A stretch of DNA of 64,000 nt from Alphaproteobacteria bacterium (GCA_965228895.1 OZ245842.1:256001-320000); one strand, 5' to 3'; shown: positions 9,816 through 20,241, counted from the first letter of the stretch. Program-made: numbers and translations. The notes: generated by a model from the letters alone, not told the origin.

Positions 9816-10669
9816 TTCTTCTTGCGTTTGCTCTTTTGCGTCTGGGGTTTCGCCGGTGCTTTCTGGGCGGGCGCGACGTATGGCTTCGCCCAGATCAGCA
9901 GAGCGAGGCCGATCACGATCATCGGGACTGACAGAAGTTGACCCATGGTGGCGCCGGCAAACAGGAAACCCAGATGGGCATCCGGCTCGCGAAAGAACTC
10001 GACGACGAACCGCGATACGCCATAGCCCGCCAGAAAAAGTCCGCCGATGGCGCCGGGACGCAGCCTGAGCGACGTCGCACGCCATGCCCAGTAGACGACG
10101 AGGCCAAGCACGAGGCCTTCCAGCACGGCTTCATAGAGCTGACTGGGGTGACGCGGTTCCGGTCCGCCGTTGGGGAAGATGACGGCCCACGGTACGTCGG
10201 TGACACGGCCGAACAGCTCACCGTTGATGAAGTTGGCGCAGCGCCCAAGGAAAAGGCCGATCGGCACCACCGAAGCGACGATGTCGCCCAGCGCCAGGAT
10301 CGGGATCTTTTTGATTCGGGCGAAGATGGTGAAGGCCAGAATGACGCCGATAAGACCGCCGTGAAACGCCATGCCGCCTTGCCACACAGCCAGGATCTCG
10401 CCGGGGTTGTTGAGGTAATAGCCGGGTTTGTAGAACAGGACGTAGCCCAGGCGGCCGCCCAGGACGATGCCCAGGGTGATCCACAGCAACAGGTCATCAA
10501 TTGTCTTGCGGTCGATGGCGACCGGCGATTTGCGTGCTAGAACAATGGCATAGGCCCAGCCTAGCAGGATGCCCGCGACATAGGCGAGGGCATACCAGCG
10601 AAGCGCGAAGGGGCCGATCTGGACGAGTGTCGGATCGATCTCGGGAAAGGCGAGGGCAAGTGCGTGCAT
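9812..10669 (-). CDS. lgt: Prolipoprotein diacylglyceryl transferase
   Basis: RWYALAY, GGRLGYVLFY, GGMAFHGG, NFINGEL and HPSQLYE motifs. Confidence 0.97.
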   Translation of the reverse strand: MHALALAFPEIDPTLVQIGPFALRWYALAYVAGILLGWAYAIVLARKSPVAIDRKTIDDLLLWITLGIVLGGRLGYVLFYKPGYYLNNPGEILAVWQGGMAFHGGLIGVILAFTIFARIKKIPILALGDIVASVVPIGLFLGRCANFINGELFGRVTDVPWAVIFPNGGPEPRHPSQLYEAVLEGLVLGLVVYWAWRATSLRLRPGAIGGLFLAGYGVSRFVVEFFREPDAHLGFLFAGATMGQLLSVPMIVIGLALLIWAKPYVAPAQKAPAKPQTQKSKRKKK

Positions 10670-10700
10670 GAGGGTTCCGGAGCGTTTGGTGTCCAGGACC

Positions 10701-10770
10701 TTAGAGCAGATCACCCTGTGTTTGAATCGCTTCGCGATGATTCGCTGATGGCCCAATTCGCCCAGTATTC
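10701..10770. repeat. Degenerate half copy of the double-hairpin repeat
   Basis: TTAGAGCAGATCACCCTGTGTTTGAATCGCTTCGCGATG resembles the TAGAGCAGATCCC...GGAATCGCTGCGCGATG arm. Confidence 0.5.
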
Positions 10771-10867
10771 GGCCATGTGATGCCTGAAGTCACCCGATCG
10801 TGACCGAACGGTTGCGGTCTTGACCGGAACACGCCATATGACGCCCATCAAATCGGGAGAAGGCGCC

Positions 10868-11206
10868 ATGCAAACCGATAACCGGATTCTGGACGATCTC
10901 GCCCGCGTGCTGAGCGGCGCGGTGACGGCGGCGTCGGGTGTACGCGAAGAGGTCGAGGCGCGCCTGCGCCAGCAGCTCGAGGGCGTCTTCGAGCGTATGG
11001 ATCTGGTCAATCGTGAGGATTTCGAGGTCGTCCGCGACATGGCGGCCCTGGCACGCCAGGAGAACGAACGTCTGAGCGCGCGGGTCACCGAGCTCGAAGC
11101 GCGGCTGGAGGCCTTGGAATCGTCGAAAAAGATAGGCGGATCGACCTCCTCCAAACGAAAGAAAACGTCCACAACGGGTACAAAAAAGGCGCAGAAAGCC
11201 AGTTGA
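10868..11206 (+). CDS. ubiK: UbiK/BMFP-family accessory factor
   Basis: MQTDNRILDDLA and DLVNREDFEVVRDMA coiled coil; divergent from lgt. Confidence 0.85.
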   Translation: MQTDNRILDDLARVLSGAVTAASGVREEVEARLRQQLEGVFERMDLVNREDFEVVRDMAALARQENERLSARVTELEARLEALESSKKIGGSTSSKRKKTSTTGTKKAQKAS

Positions 11207-11317
11207 TGGGATAGAAACCGTCTGGCAGGCTGACCATGTGTTGATGCTGCCTGACAGTGCATCCCCTTCACCTCCACCGCGGTAAGGCTTTACCGTGCCT
11301 CGACAAGGAGAGGCGCA

Positions 11318-11824
11318 GTGACGGATTTGTTGGAAGAAGAGGCGACCGGCCCGGACCAGCATCCGCTGGACATGGTCGAGCGGTTTGTCACGGCCAACGC
11401 CTGGGCGTGCGAGCGCCTGGCCGAGAATGAGATCGCCGTCGAGATCGAGGGCCGCTGGTGCGCCTACCGCATGTGGTTCGGCTGGGAAGGCGAGCTTGAT
11501 GCGCTGATGCTGTCCTGCGCCTTCGACCTGAAGGTGCCGGAAGAGAGGCTTTCGGAGATCTGCCGTCTGCTGGCTTATGTGAACGAGCGCCTGTGGGTCG
11601 GCCATTTCGACCTGTTCAGCGGCGAACGTGTGATCACCTATCGGCACGCGCTGTTGCTCGGCGGCCATGACATGCCGACGGACGAGCAACTGGCCGATCT
11701 GATCGACATCACGATCTCGGAATCCGAGCGCTTCTATCCGGCCTTCCAGTATGTGATCGGTGACGGCAAGTCCGCCGAAGAAGCCGTCAGCGCCGCCATC
11801 ATCGACCCGGTCGGCGAAGCCTGA
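11318..11824 (+). CDS. YbjN domain protein
   Basis: NERLWVGHFDL and ERFYPAFQYV motifs; upstream of proC. Confidence 0.85.
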   Translation: MTDLLEEEATGPDQHPLDMVERFVTANAWACERLAENEIAVEIEGRWCAYRMWFGWEGELDALMLSCAFDLKVPEERLSEICRLLAYVNERLWVGHFDLFSGERVITYRHALLLGGHDMPTDEQLADLIDITISESERFYPAFQYVIGDGKSAEEAVSAAIIDPVGEA

Positions 11825-11828
11825 ATCC

Positions 11829-12653
11829 ATGCTCTCCGACGCGTTTCCGGTGCTGCTGGTGGGCTGCGGCAAGATGGGTGGCGCCATGTTGGCGGGATGG
11901 CGCGCGCAGGGTATCGACGCCGATAAGATCGTCGTTGTCGAACCGGCCGAGGCCACGGCGGAAGGGATCGCGACCGACCATGGCGTGATTGTCGTCGGTG
12001 ATGCCGGCGATGTCCCCACCGCGTTTGCGCCTGCGGTCGTCGTGGTCGCGGTCAAACCGCAGGTCATGGCGGAAGCGACCGGCGGACTTCAGCGTTTCGC
12101 TGATGCCGGTGCCTTGGTTCTGTCGATCGCGGCGGGAACGACCATTGAATTTTTTGAGCGGGCCTTGGGCGATGGTGCGTCGATCGTCAGGTCGATGCCG
12201 AACACGCCGGCGGCCGTCGGCCATGGCATCACGGCGCTGGTCGCCAATCCCCACGTCTCCGACGCTCAGCGCGCCGCAGCCGAAGCGCTCGCCGCAACCG
12301 TCGGTGATACCGTGTGGCTGGACGACGAAGCTTTGATGGATCCGGTTACGGCGCTCTCCGGGAGCGGGCCGGCTTATGTCTTCCTGCTCATCGAGATCCT
12401 TGCCAAAGCCGGGGTGGCGAGCGGCCTGCCGCCCGACATCGCGGCGCGTCTGGCCAGCGCCACCGTCGAGGGTGCCGGCGAACTGGCGCGATTGTCGGAC
12501 CAGTCGGCCGAGGACCTACGCCGCGCGGTGACCAGCCCCGGTGGCACGACACACGAAGCCCTTGAAGTGCTCATGGCCGAAGACGGTCTGCAACCGCTGT
12601 TCGATCGCGCCATCGCGGCGGCGACACGGCGTTCGAGGGAGCTCGCCAGCTAG
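11829..12653 (+). CDS. proC: Pyrroline-5-carboxylate reductase
   Basis: GCGKMGGA, RSMPNTP, TALSGSGPAY and VTSPGGTT motifs. Confidence 0.97.
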   Translation: MLSDAFPVLLVGCGKMGGAMLAGWRAQGIDADKIVVVEPAEATAEGIATDHGVIVVGDAGDVPTAFAPAVVVVAVKPQVMAEATGGLQRFADAGALVLSIAAGTTIEFFERALGDGASIVRSMPNTPAAVGHGITALVANPHVSDAQRAAAEALAATVGDTVWLDDEALMDPVTALSGSGPAYVFLLIEILAKAGVASGLPPDIAARLASATVEGAGELARLSDQSAEDLRRAVTSPGGTTHEALEVLMAEDGLQPLFDRAIAAATRRSRELAS

Positions 12654-12762
12654 AGCGGACCGTTGATCGGCGGAATCGCCTCGCGGTTCCGACAAACAAC
12701 GTGAATCCGCCCGCAATCAAAAAGTAGAGCAGATTCATCCAGCGAGATGGGATCTGCTCTAA
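12650..12762. repeat. Double-hairpin repeat, copy 2 (second arm internally shortened)
   Basis: CTAGAGCGG...GTGAATCCGC and TAGAGCAGATTCA...GATCTGCTCTA arms; its first TAG is the proC stop. Confidence 0.85.
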
Positions 12763-12842
12763 CAGTTGTGCGTTGGCATCCAGCGCCTGCGACCCTAGAT
12801 TCAAGAAGACGAGCCGAGACTTGATCTACGGGAGGCGAGGAT

Positions 12843-13469
12843 ATGGTTAAGAAGGCGGACGTACCAAAGACAGCTCTGGCAACGGCGCTCAAGCTTGCCG
12901 GACAGCGCGGGTGGCGCGATCTGACCCTTGCCGATATTGCCGCGGAGGGCGGCATGACGCTCGCCCAGGTGCACGATGCCTATGGCTCGAAGGCCGCGAT
13001 CCTGGAGGCTTTTTCCGATCAGATCGACGATGCCGTTCTGTCCGGCGACCGTGCTGATCTCGCCGCCGAAACCGTTCGCGACCGTCTGTTCGATGTCCTG
13101 ATGCGCCGTTTCGATGCGCTTGCGCCGCACAAGGACGCGGTCAGGGCCATCGTGCGCGACAACGGCGCCGATCCCTGCGCCATGATGGGCAGCGCCTGTC
13201 GCCTGATGCGCTCCATGCGTTGGATGTTGGAGGCAGCGCGGGTCGACACGTCGGGCTTGGCTGGGCGCGTGCGGGTCAAGGGGCTGATGGCGCTCTATGC
13301 CGATGTCATGCGTACATGGCTCAGCGACGACAGCGAGGACATGGGCAAGACCATGGCCTTGCTCGACAAGCGGCTGGGTCAGGTCGACCGTCTTTGCGCG
13401 GCGGCTTGCCGCTTTGGCCCGCGCCGAGCTGGCGACCGTCAGGACGATGCCGCCGAACAGCCGGCATGA
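12843..13469 (+). CDS. TetR-like regulator
   Basis: N-terminal HTH (LTLADIAAEGG); RDRLFDVLMRRFDAL motif. Confidence 0.8.
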   Translation: MVKKADVPKTALATALKLAGQRGWRDLTLADIAAEGGMTLAQVHDAYGSKAAILEAFSDQIDDAVLSGDRADLAAETVRDRLFDVLMRRFDALAPHKDAVRAIVRDNGADPCAMMGSACRLMRSMRWMLEAARVDTSGLAGRVRVKGLMALYADVMRTWLSDDSEDMGKTMALLDKRLGQVDRLCAAACRFGPRRAGDRQDDAAEQPA

Positions 13470-13816
13470 CGGAGTCCGCCGACCAGATCGGCTTTGATGA
13501 CTTTCTGAAGGTCGATATCCGTGTTGGCACGGTGATCGCGGCGGAGCCGTTTCCCGAAGCACGCAAACCGGCGTTCCGGTTGCAGATCGATTTTGGGCCG
13601 CAGATCGGTGTTCGCAAGACGTCGGCCCAGGTCGTCGCCAACTACACGCTGGACGATTTGGTCGGGCGTCAGGTGGCGGCGGTGGTCAACTTTCCGCCAC
13701 GCCAGATCGGCCCGATGATGTCGGAGGTCCTGACCTTGGGTTTCCCCGACGACAACGGCGAGGTCGTGCTGGCCGCCGTCGATCGACCAGTGCCTAACGG
13801 CGGCCGACTCTATTAG
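13466..13816 (+). CDS. csaA: tRNA-binding protein / chaperone CsaA
   Basis: FDDFLKVDIRVG and VVNFPPRQIG..SEVLTLG motifs; ATG overlaps the upstream stop. Confidence 0.93.
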   Translation: MTESADQIGFDDFLKVDIRVGTVIAAEPFPEARKPAFRLQIDFGPQIGVRKTSAQVVANYTLDDLVGRQVAAVVNFPPRQIGPMMSEVLTLGFPDDNGEVVLAAVDRPVPNGGRLY

Positions 13817-13829
13817 CTGACACCCTGGG

Positions 13830-15167
13830 CTAAACCGGAATGACGATCCGCGCCCTTAGGCCGCCCAAGGGCGAATCATCCAGCGTCAACTCACCGCCAT
13901 GACCCCTGGCGATATCACGGGCGATGGTCAGGCCAAGGCCGGTGCCGCCGGTTTCCGGGTTGCGTGAGGCGTCCAGGCGGAAGAAGGCCCGGAACGCTGC
14001 CTCGCGGGACTCCCGGGGGATGCCAGGGCCGTCGTCGTCGACGGTGATCGTGATGGCATCGCCCGTCCGCCGTGCGGCGATCGCGACGTGCTCGGCATAG
14101 CGTTGGGCGTTGTTGACCAGGTTCGTCAGGCAGCGTTTGAAAGCCTGCGGCCTGATTTCGACCTCAAGGTCGCCTTCGGTCTCGGCGTCAACCACACCGT
14201 TGTGGGCGCCGGTCACGACCTCGTTGATCATGGCGCTCAGATCCGTGCTGGCGACCGGTTCCTCGCCCTCGCCGCGGGCGAAGGCCAGATAGGCGTCGAC
14301 CATGCGCTCCATGTCGGCGATATCGGCCTGCAGATCGGCCGCGCCCGCCTTGTCGTTCAGCATCGCGAGCTGCAGTTTCATGCGCGTCAGAGGCGTTCGG
14401 AGGTCATGGCTGACACCGGCCAGCATCTGGGTGCGTTGTGCGATCTGACGCAGGATACGCGCGCGCATCATCAAGAAGGCATGGGCGGCCTGACGCACCT
14501 CGCTGGCGCCCGACGGCTTCAGTTCGACGTCCGTGCGTCCCTTGCCCAGGCTGTCGGCGGCGGCGGCCAGCCGCCGGATCGGTCTTATCTGTTGGCGCAG
14601 AAAATAGGCGGCGATAATAGCCAGGACGACCGACGTACCGACCATCCAGAAAACCAGAAGATCGGTTGTCGAGCTCTCCAGGCGCTTCTCGTGGATGTAA
14701 ACGTCCAGCACACCGCTCTGCAGGCCAACCTTGATCAGCATCATGCGGTTGCCGGCGTCTGTATCGATGATGAAGGGGCGCCCGACCCGTTCGTTCAGGC
14801 TCTCGGCCAGTTGTTCCTCAAGACCGCTTGAACCGATCGGCGGCAGTTCGGCCGGCAGGTGTTCGCCGGGCCGGAAAGAAGCCTCCATGTCCAGGTGGAT
14901 CCGGCTGATGCGGTAGACCAGGCTTTGCTCGTCTTCGGATTCATACGTGTTCATCATCCAGATCAGCGTCGAGATGTCGCCGGCGACGGCGGTCGTCAGA
15001 CGCCGCGTCACCGTGTCCCAATGGCGTTCATAGAAAACCAGGGCAACAACGATCTGCAGGATGATGATCGGGATCAGCACGATCAGCAACGAGCGTCCGA
15101 AGATGCTGCGCGGCAGAAGGCGCTTGACCGGGACGGCCCGGCGTCTGGTACCCAGCGACATGGTCAT
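13830..15167 (-). CDS. EnvZ-like sensor histidine kinase
   Basis: Two TM segments, HAMP domain, SHDLRTPLTR H-box, DDDGPG and GTGLGL boxes. Confidence 0.95.
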   Translation of the reverse strand: MTMSLGTRRRAVPVKRLLPRSIFGRSLLIVLIPIIILQIVVALVFYERHWDTVTRRLTTAVAGDISTLIWMMNTYESEDEQSLVYRISRIHLDMEASFRPGEHLPAELPPIGSSGLEEQLAESLNERVGRPFIIDTDAGNRMMLIKVGLQSGVLDVYIHEKRLESSTTDLLVFWMVGTSVVLAIIAAYFLRQQIRPIRRLAAAADSLGKGRTDVELKPSGASEVRQAAHAFLMMRARILRQIAQRTQMLAGVSHDLRTPLTRMKLQLAMLNDKAGAADLQADIADMERMVDAYLAFARGEGEEPVASTDLSAMINEVVTGAHNGVVDAETEGDLEVEIRPQAFKRCLTNLVNNAQRYAEHVAIAARRTGDAITITVDDDGPGIPRESREAAFRAFFRLDASRNPETGGTGLGLTIARDIARGHGGELTLDDSPLGGLRARIVIPV

Positions 15168-15173
15168 GGGCGT

Positions 15174-15313
15174 CTAGCGCGGATCATGGTTTGGTGGAGC
15201 CGCCTGACGGTTCCACCAAACCATGTGAATCCGCTCTCCATCTATAAACAGAGCAGATTCATCTGCCTTGAGGGAATCGCGACGCGATCCCATCAAAACA
15301 GGATCTACTCTAG
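15174..15313. repeat. Double-hairpin repeat, copy 3
   Basis: CTAG-bounded, two hairpins with GANTC sites; its right end is the response-regulator stop. Confidence 0.88.
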
Positions 15314-15984
15314 GATGTTCTGAGAACATAACCCTCGCCCCAGACCGTTTGAAGAAACCGTGGCGCGCGCGGATCGTCCTCGATCTTACGCCTCAGCCGC
15401 GTCACCTGGACGTCAATGGTTCTCTCACCGGCACCGCTTTGCTGCGACAGTTTGAAGCGCGACAAGGTGACGCCCGGCTGCATGGTGAAAACGCGCAGCA
15501 GGTTGGCCTCGCGACCGGTCAGCGGCACCAGGTCATCGCCGCGCCAGAGTTCCAGGCGTTCGGGATCGAAGCTGAAAGGACCGAAATCGACCGCATCGGT
15601 TGATTCTTCCGCTACCACGGACCGACGCAAGATGCTCTGAATACGCAAGACCAGCTCGCGCGGTTCGAACGGCTTGGGCAAGTAGTCGTCGGCGCCGCTT
15701 TCCAGTCCCGCGATGCGGTCGTCGGTGGCATCCATGGCGGTCAGCATCAAGATCGGCGTGCCCACGGCCTTTCGGATACGGCGGGTGAAGGCCATGCCAT
15801 CCTCGCCTGGCATCATGACGTCAACAATCAAGAGATCGAAGGCAAGGCTTGTCAGCTTGGCCTCCGCGTCCGCCGCGTCTTCGGCCGTACTGACCAGGAA
15901 GTTTTGATCGGCCAAATACTTGCGCAACAGCTCCCGAAGCCGGCGGTCGTCGTCGATGACCAGGATATGGGGCTGTTCGGGCAT
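15310..15984 (-). CDS. OmpR-family response regulator (PetR-like)
   Basis: Receiver domain (DVMMPGEDG, ADDYLPKPF) plus winged helix (RLRRKIE..P, TVWGEGY). Confidence 0.95.
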   Translation of the reverse strand: MPEQPHILVIDDDRRLRELLRKYLADQNFLVSTAEDAADAEAKLTSLAFDLLIVDVMMPGEDGMAFTRRIRKAVGTPILMLTAMDATDDRIAGLESGADDYLPKPFEPRELVLRIQSILRRSVVAEESTDAVDFGPFSFDPERLELWRGDDLVPLTGREANLLRVFTMQPGVTLSRFKLSQQSGAGERTIDVQVTRLRRKIEDDPRAPRFLQTVWGEGYVLRTS

Positions 15985-15988
15985 GGAC

Positions 15989-16474
15989 TCAACGGTTGCG
16001 CTTCAGCCGGGCACGATCTTCTTCGTCGACCATGCCGGTCAAGACGCGCCGGTATCCGGCCACCGCGTCGGCGCCTGCTTCGCGATACGCCCGGGCAATA
16101 CGCTCCCGCTGATCTTCGCTTAACCGCCACTCCAGCTCGGCGCCGGCCTGGGTCAGATAGAGCAGGCGCTGGCGTCGGTCGCGGGTGCCCTGGCGCTGCT
16201 CGACATAGCCTTTCTCGATCAACTGGCGCAGGACGCGCGCCAAGCTCTGCTTGGTGATCTTAAGGATCGCCAAGAGTTCTTTGACCGTGATACCGGGATT
16301 GCGCCCGACAAAATAGATCACGCGGTGATGGGCGCGGCCAAAGCCCAACTCGGCCAGGATCGAATCGGGTCGTGCGGTGAAGTCGCGATAGGCAAAGAAC
16401 AGCATTTCCATGCCTTCGCGCAGATCCTCGTCGCGCAGAAACAGCGGGTTGGGACCGGAATTTAAGTCAGCCAT
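15989..16474 (-). CDS. MarR-family regulator (PetP-like)
   Basis: LFFAYRDFT, FGRAHHR and ITKQSLARVL motifs. Confidence 0.92.
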   Translation of the reverse strand: MADLNSGPNPLFLRDEDLREGMEMLFFAYRDFTARPDSILAELGFGRAHHRVIYFVGRNPGITVKELLAILKITKQSLARVLRQLIEKGYVEQRQGTRDRRQRLLYLTQAGAELEWRLSEDQRERIARAYREAGADAVAGYRRVLTGMVDEEDRARLKRNR

Positions 16475-16561
16475 ATTGACGTATATTCCCGTTGATGCTA
16501 ATCAAGATAGCCGAACGAGGGCGACTCGGGGAAAGCCCCAGTCCAATGTGAAGGAAAGATC

Positions 16562-17446
16562 ATGGCCGATTTTGTCCCCTTTGATGACCGCGACGGCAAG
16601 ATTTGGCTCGATGGCAAGCTGATCGACTGGCGCGACGCCAAAATTCATGTGCTGACCCACGGGCTGCATTATGCCAGTGCCGTGTTCGAAGGCGAACGCT
16701 GCTATGGCGGCAGCATTTTCAAGGTGCGTGAGCATGGCGAACGCCTGCACGCCTCGGCCCAGATGGTCGGCTACGATATCCCCTATTCGGTCGAGGCCCT
16801 GGAGCAGGCGCGCTATGACGTCTTAAAGGCGAACGACATCAGCGATGGCTATGTTCGGCCCGTGGCCTGGCGCGGCAGCGAAATGATGGGCGTCGCAGCG
16901 CACCACAACACGATCCACGTGGCGATCGCGGCGTGGCCGTGGCCGAGCTACTTTTCCGATGAGGCACGCCAGCGCGGCATCAAGCTTGCCATCTCCGACT
17001 GGCGCCGTCCGGCGCCCGACACCGCGCCGACCCAAGCCAAAGCGTCTGGCCTCTACATGATCTGCACGATGTCGAAGCATCAGGCCGAGGCAGAAGGTTT
17101 CGACGATGCCTTGATGTTCGACTATCGCGGCCTGATCGCCGAGGCGACTGGCGCCAATATCTTCATGGCTCAGGAAGGCAAACTGCACACGCCGATCCCC
17201 GACTGTTTCTTGGACGGCATCACCCGGCGCACCGTGATGGACCTGGCCCAGCGGCGCGGCATCGAGGTGATCGAGCGCCATATGGAACCGGAAGAGATCG
17301 CGAAGTCAGACGAGATTTTCCTGACCGGCACCGCGGCCGAAGTGACTCCGGTCGGCCAGGTCGGCGACAACCACTTCCAAGTCGGTTCGATCACCAACCA
17401 GCTGATGGATGACTATGCCGCAGAAGTGCGCAAGGCGCCCGCCTAG
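16562..17446 (+). CDS. ilvE: Branched-chain amino acid aminotransferase
   Basis: THGLHYASAVFEG, AKASGLY, EATGANIF and LDGITR motifs. Confidence 0.96.
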   Translation: MADFVPFDDRDGKIWLDGKLIDWRDAKIHVLTHGLHYASAVFEGERCYGGSIFKVREHGERLHASAQMVGYDIPYSVEALEQARYDVLKANDISDGYVRPVAWRGSEMMGVAAHHNTIHVAIAAWPWPSYFSDEARQRGIKLAISDWRRPAPDTAPTQAKASGLYMICTMSKHQAEAEGFDDALMFDYRGLIAEATGANIFMAQEGKLHTPIPDCFLDGITRRTVMDLAQRRGIEVIERHMEPEEIAKSDEIFLTGTAAEVTPVGQVGDNHFQVGSITNQLMDDYAAEVRKAPA

Positions 17447-17582
17447 AGCAGATCCCGTTTTGATGGAATCGCTGCGCGATGCCATCAAGAAGGGTGAATC
17501 TGCTCTACTCTTAGATTAAGAGCGGATTCACGTGGTTAGGTGGAGCCGCGCAACGGTTCCACCTAACCACGATCCGCTCTAA
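17443..17582. repeat. Double-hairpin repeat, copy 4
   Basis: CTAGAGCAGATCCC...GAATCTGCTCTA and AGAGCGGATTCACGTG...GATCCGCTCTA arms; its first TAG is the ilvE stop. Confidence 0.9.
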
Positions 17583-17609
17583 GCCGCCTGACAACCGCAG
17601 TAAACTGAT

Positions 17610-18251
17610 CTAGGCCGTCGGCCTCTCGCCGATCAAGTTGTCGAGGTCGGAACGTTCGGTGTAGTGGACGGCACGCCAGCCGAACCGCCGCGCCGCCGCG
17701 ACGTTCTTCTCGCTGTCGTCGATCAACAGGACGTCAGGTCCGGCGGTCTCCCCCAGTTCGTCCGTGATCATTTTCCAGAACTGCGTATCCGGTTTGCGCA
17801 CGCCCATGGCCGATGAGGCGAACATCCTGTCGAAGCGTCGGCTAAGACCCAACTCGTTCCAGAGAAAGTCGGCGCGATGGCGATCCTGGTTGGTTGCCAG
17901 CACCAAACGGCACTGAGAGCCGAGGCTGGCGATTTCCTCGATCAGGTTGTGATCGAGATTGCTGTCGTTGGCAAACCAGAAGGCCAGGAAATCCTCCACG
18001 GTACCGCCATAGTTCCAGCGCTCCAGATAGGGCGGCAGCACGTCGTAGAGGTCGGCATCGCCGATGATGCAGGCATCCCAATCATCGCGGAAGAACGTCG
18101 CGACCTCGTCCTGGCCGATGCCGAAATCGCGCGCGACCGCTTCCTGCCAGTCGTAACTGCCATCGGTCATGCCGTGAACCAGGACACCGTCGACATCGAA
18201 GGCGATGGCCCTGGGCAGGTTGTCAGCCGCCGGCATCGCCATTGCCGTCAT
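17610..18251 (-). CDS. HAD-superfamily hydrolase
   Basis: FDVDGVL motif I, TNQ, KP and IDDSEKN motifs. Confidence 0.88.
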   Translation of the reverse strand: MTAMAMPAADNLPRAIAFDVDGVLVHGMTDGSYDWQEAVARDFGIGQDEVATFFRDDWDACIIGDADLYDVLPPYLERWNYGGTVEDFLAFWFANDSNLDHNLIEEIASLGSQCRLVLATNQDRHRADFLWNELGLSRRFDRMFASSAMGVRKPDTQFWKMITDELGETAGPDVLLIDDSEKNVAAARRFGWRAVHYTERSDLDNLIGERPTA

Positions 18252-18699
18252 CCTGTCGCCAGCGCGCGGCGGCCTGGTCGTCGCTGGTGCGGGCCTCAAC
18301 CCAGCGTTCGCCGCCGTCGGTATCCTCGACCTTCCAGAACGGCGCCTTGGTCTTCAGCCAGTCGATCAGAAACGCGCATGATTCCAGTGCCGCCTGTCGG
18401 TGCGCCGAGGCGGTGACGACCAGCACAATCCGATCACCCGGTTCCAACCGGCCGTAACGATGCACAATCAAGCTGGCGTCGAGCGGCCATCGGGCATGGG
18501 CCTCGCGCTCGACCTCCTCGAGCTGGCGCTCGGTCATGCCGGGATAGTGTTCGAGCGTCATGGCGCTGACGTTGTCGCCATCGGCGATATCACGGACCAG
18601 CCCAATAAAGCTCGCGACGCCGCCGATCGACGTCTTGCCGTCGGTCAGCGCGGCGATCTCCGCACCGGGATCGAAGTCTTCGGCCTGGACGCGGATCAT
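18223..18699 (-). CDS. moaE: Molybdopterin synthase large subunit
   Basis: LEHYPGMTE, HRYG and LKTKAPFWK motifs. Confidence 0.96.
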   Translation of the reverse strand: MIRVQAEDFDPGAEIAALTDGKTSIGGVASFIGLVRDIADGDNVSAMTLEHYPGMTERQLEEVEREAHARWPLDASLIVHRYGRLEPGDRIVLVVTASAHRQAALESCAFLIDWLKTKAPFWKVEDTDGGERWVEARTSDDQAAARWRQDDGNGDAGG

Positions 18700-18706
18700 G
18701 GCCGTG

Positions 18707-18958
18707 TCAGCCGCCGGTCACCGGCGGGAACAGCGCGACCTCGTCCTTGTCGCAGACGGGGTCGCCGTGTTGCGCGTAGTTCTGGTTGACGGCGATACGC
18801 ACGATGGCCGGATCGGCCAGGGCCTCGGCATAGCTGTCGCCGCGTCCGCGCAGCCATTCAAGCAGTTCGCCGGCGGTCCCGACGTCGTCGGGCAACGTGA
18901 CGTCCTCGCCCGGAATGCCGATGCGCTGCCGCAGCCAGGCAAAGTACAAAATCTTCAT
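18707..18958 (-). CDS. moaD: Molybdopterin synthase sulfur carrier
   Basis: YFAWLR start and C-terminal PPVTGG. Confidence 0.96.
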   Translation of the reverse strand: MKILYFAWLRQRIGIPGEDVTLPDDVGTAGELLEWLRGRGDSYAEALADPAIVRIAVNQNYAQHGDPVCDKDEVALFPPVTGG

Positions 18959-20211
18959 CCGATAACCTCACTAAAGGGCAAAACGTCAATCATGCTTCCC
19001 GGCTCCAACTGGGTCATGTCCTCGGGCAGTTCGGCCAGGCCGTCGGTCTCGACCAGGGAACTCATGATACCCGCGCCTTCGCGCGGAAAGGCATGGGCCT
19101 CAAGCTGGCCGTCACCGGCGCGTGTCAGGCGAACACGGACGAATTCACGCCGATTGGCCTTTTTCTTGCGGCCAAAACCGGCGCGGACCGCGAACAGCAG
19201 CGGGTCGACGGCGGTGCCGCCGGCCAGCCGAAGAACGAGCGGCCGTCCGAAGCGAAGGAAGGTCACAATCGCAGCAGCCGGGTTGCCTGGCAGGCCGATG
19301 AACGGCGTCTGTTTCAACTGGCCCAGCATCAAGGGCCGGCCCGGTTTGATCGCCATGTGCCAGGCATGCAGAGTGCCCAGGTTCTCGATGGTCGCGCGAA
19401 TGTGGTCTTCCTCACCGACCGATACACCGCCGGACGTCAGCAACACATCGTGACCGGCGGCGGCTTCGGTCAGGGCACGCTCGGTCTCAGGCCCTTCGTC
19501 GGCGAGGATGCCAAGATCGGTCACGCGGCAGCCTAGCCCGCGCAACAGCCCGGCGACGGCATAGCGATTGGCATCGTAGATCGCGCCCTTAGGCAAGGGC
19601 GTGCCGGGCTCCGTCACCTCGTCGCCGGTGGAGAAGACGGCGACGTCGAGCGGCCTGTAGCAGCGCAAATGAGCAACGCCGACCGAGGCGGCGAGGCCGA
19701 CGTCTTGCGGCCTTAGCCGTGCGCCGTGCGCCAGAATCCGCGAGCCCGCCGTCACGTCCTCGCCGGCGCGGCGGCGATTGGCGCCGGGTTTGATGCCGGG
19801 CATCAAGACGACCCGGTCGCCGTCCTCGCGTGTATCCTCCTGCATCATCACGGTGTCGGGTCCGTCGGGCATGGGCGCGCCGGTAAAGATCCGGATCGCC
19901 TCGCCGCGTTGGGCTGGCCGGTCCAGCGGGTGGCCGGCTGCCGCGCGCCCACCGATTGGCAAGATCGTCTCGCCGTCGGGATTGAGATCATCGTGGAAGA
20001 CGGCGTAGCCATCGACGGCAGAATTGTCATGCGGCGGAACGTCCATGTCGGACGTGATGTCGCCGGCCAGGATGCGGCCCGTTGCCTCGGCCAGCGGTAC
20101 GTCTTCGGGCTCGGTCAAGGGTGTCGCGAGGTCCTCGATCAAAGCCAGCGCCTCGGCCATGGTCATGAGCTCGCGGCCGTGGGCAAAACAATCGTCAGTC
20201 AGTTGCGCCAT
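18955..20211 (-). CDS. moeA: Molybdopterin molybdotransferase
   Basis: NSAVDGYA, IFTGAPMP, STGDE, SGGVSVG and GLPGNP motifs. Confidence 0.96.
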   Translation of the reverse strand: MAQLTDDCFAHGRELMTMAEALALIEDLATPLTEPEDVPLAEATGRILAGDITSDMDVPPHDNSAVDGYAVFHDDLNPDGETILPIGGRAAAGHPLDRPAQRGEAIRIFTGAPMPDGPDTVMMQEDTREDGDRVVLMPGIKPGANRRRAGEDVTAGSRILAHGARLRPQDVGLAASVGVAHLRCYRPLDVAVFSTGDEVTEPGTPLPKGAIYDANRYAVAGLLRGLGCRVTDLGILADEGPETERALTEAAAGHDVLLTSGGVSVGEEDHIRATIENLGTLHAWHMAIKPGRPLMLGQLKQTPFIGLPGNPAAAIVTFLRFGRPLVLRLAGGTAVDPLLFAVRAGFGRKKKANRREFVRVRLTRAGDGQLEAHAFPREGAGIMSSLVETDGLAELPEDMTQLEPGSMIDVLPFSEVIG

Positions 20212-20241
20212 GAAAAGCGTCTCATCCGTTGGCTGTTCTGG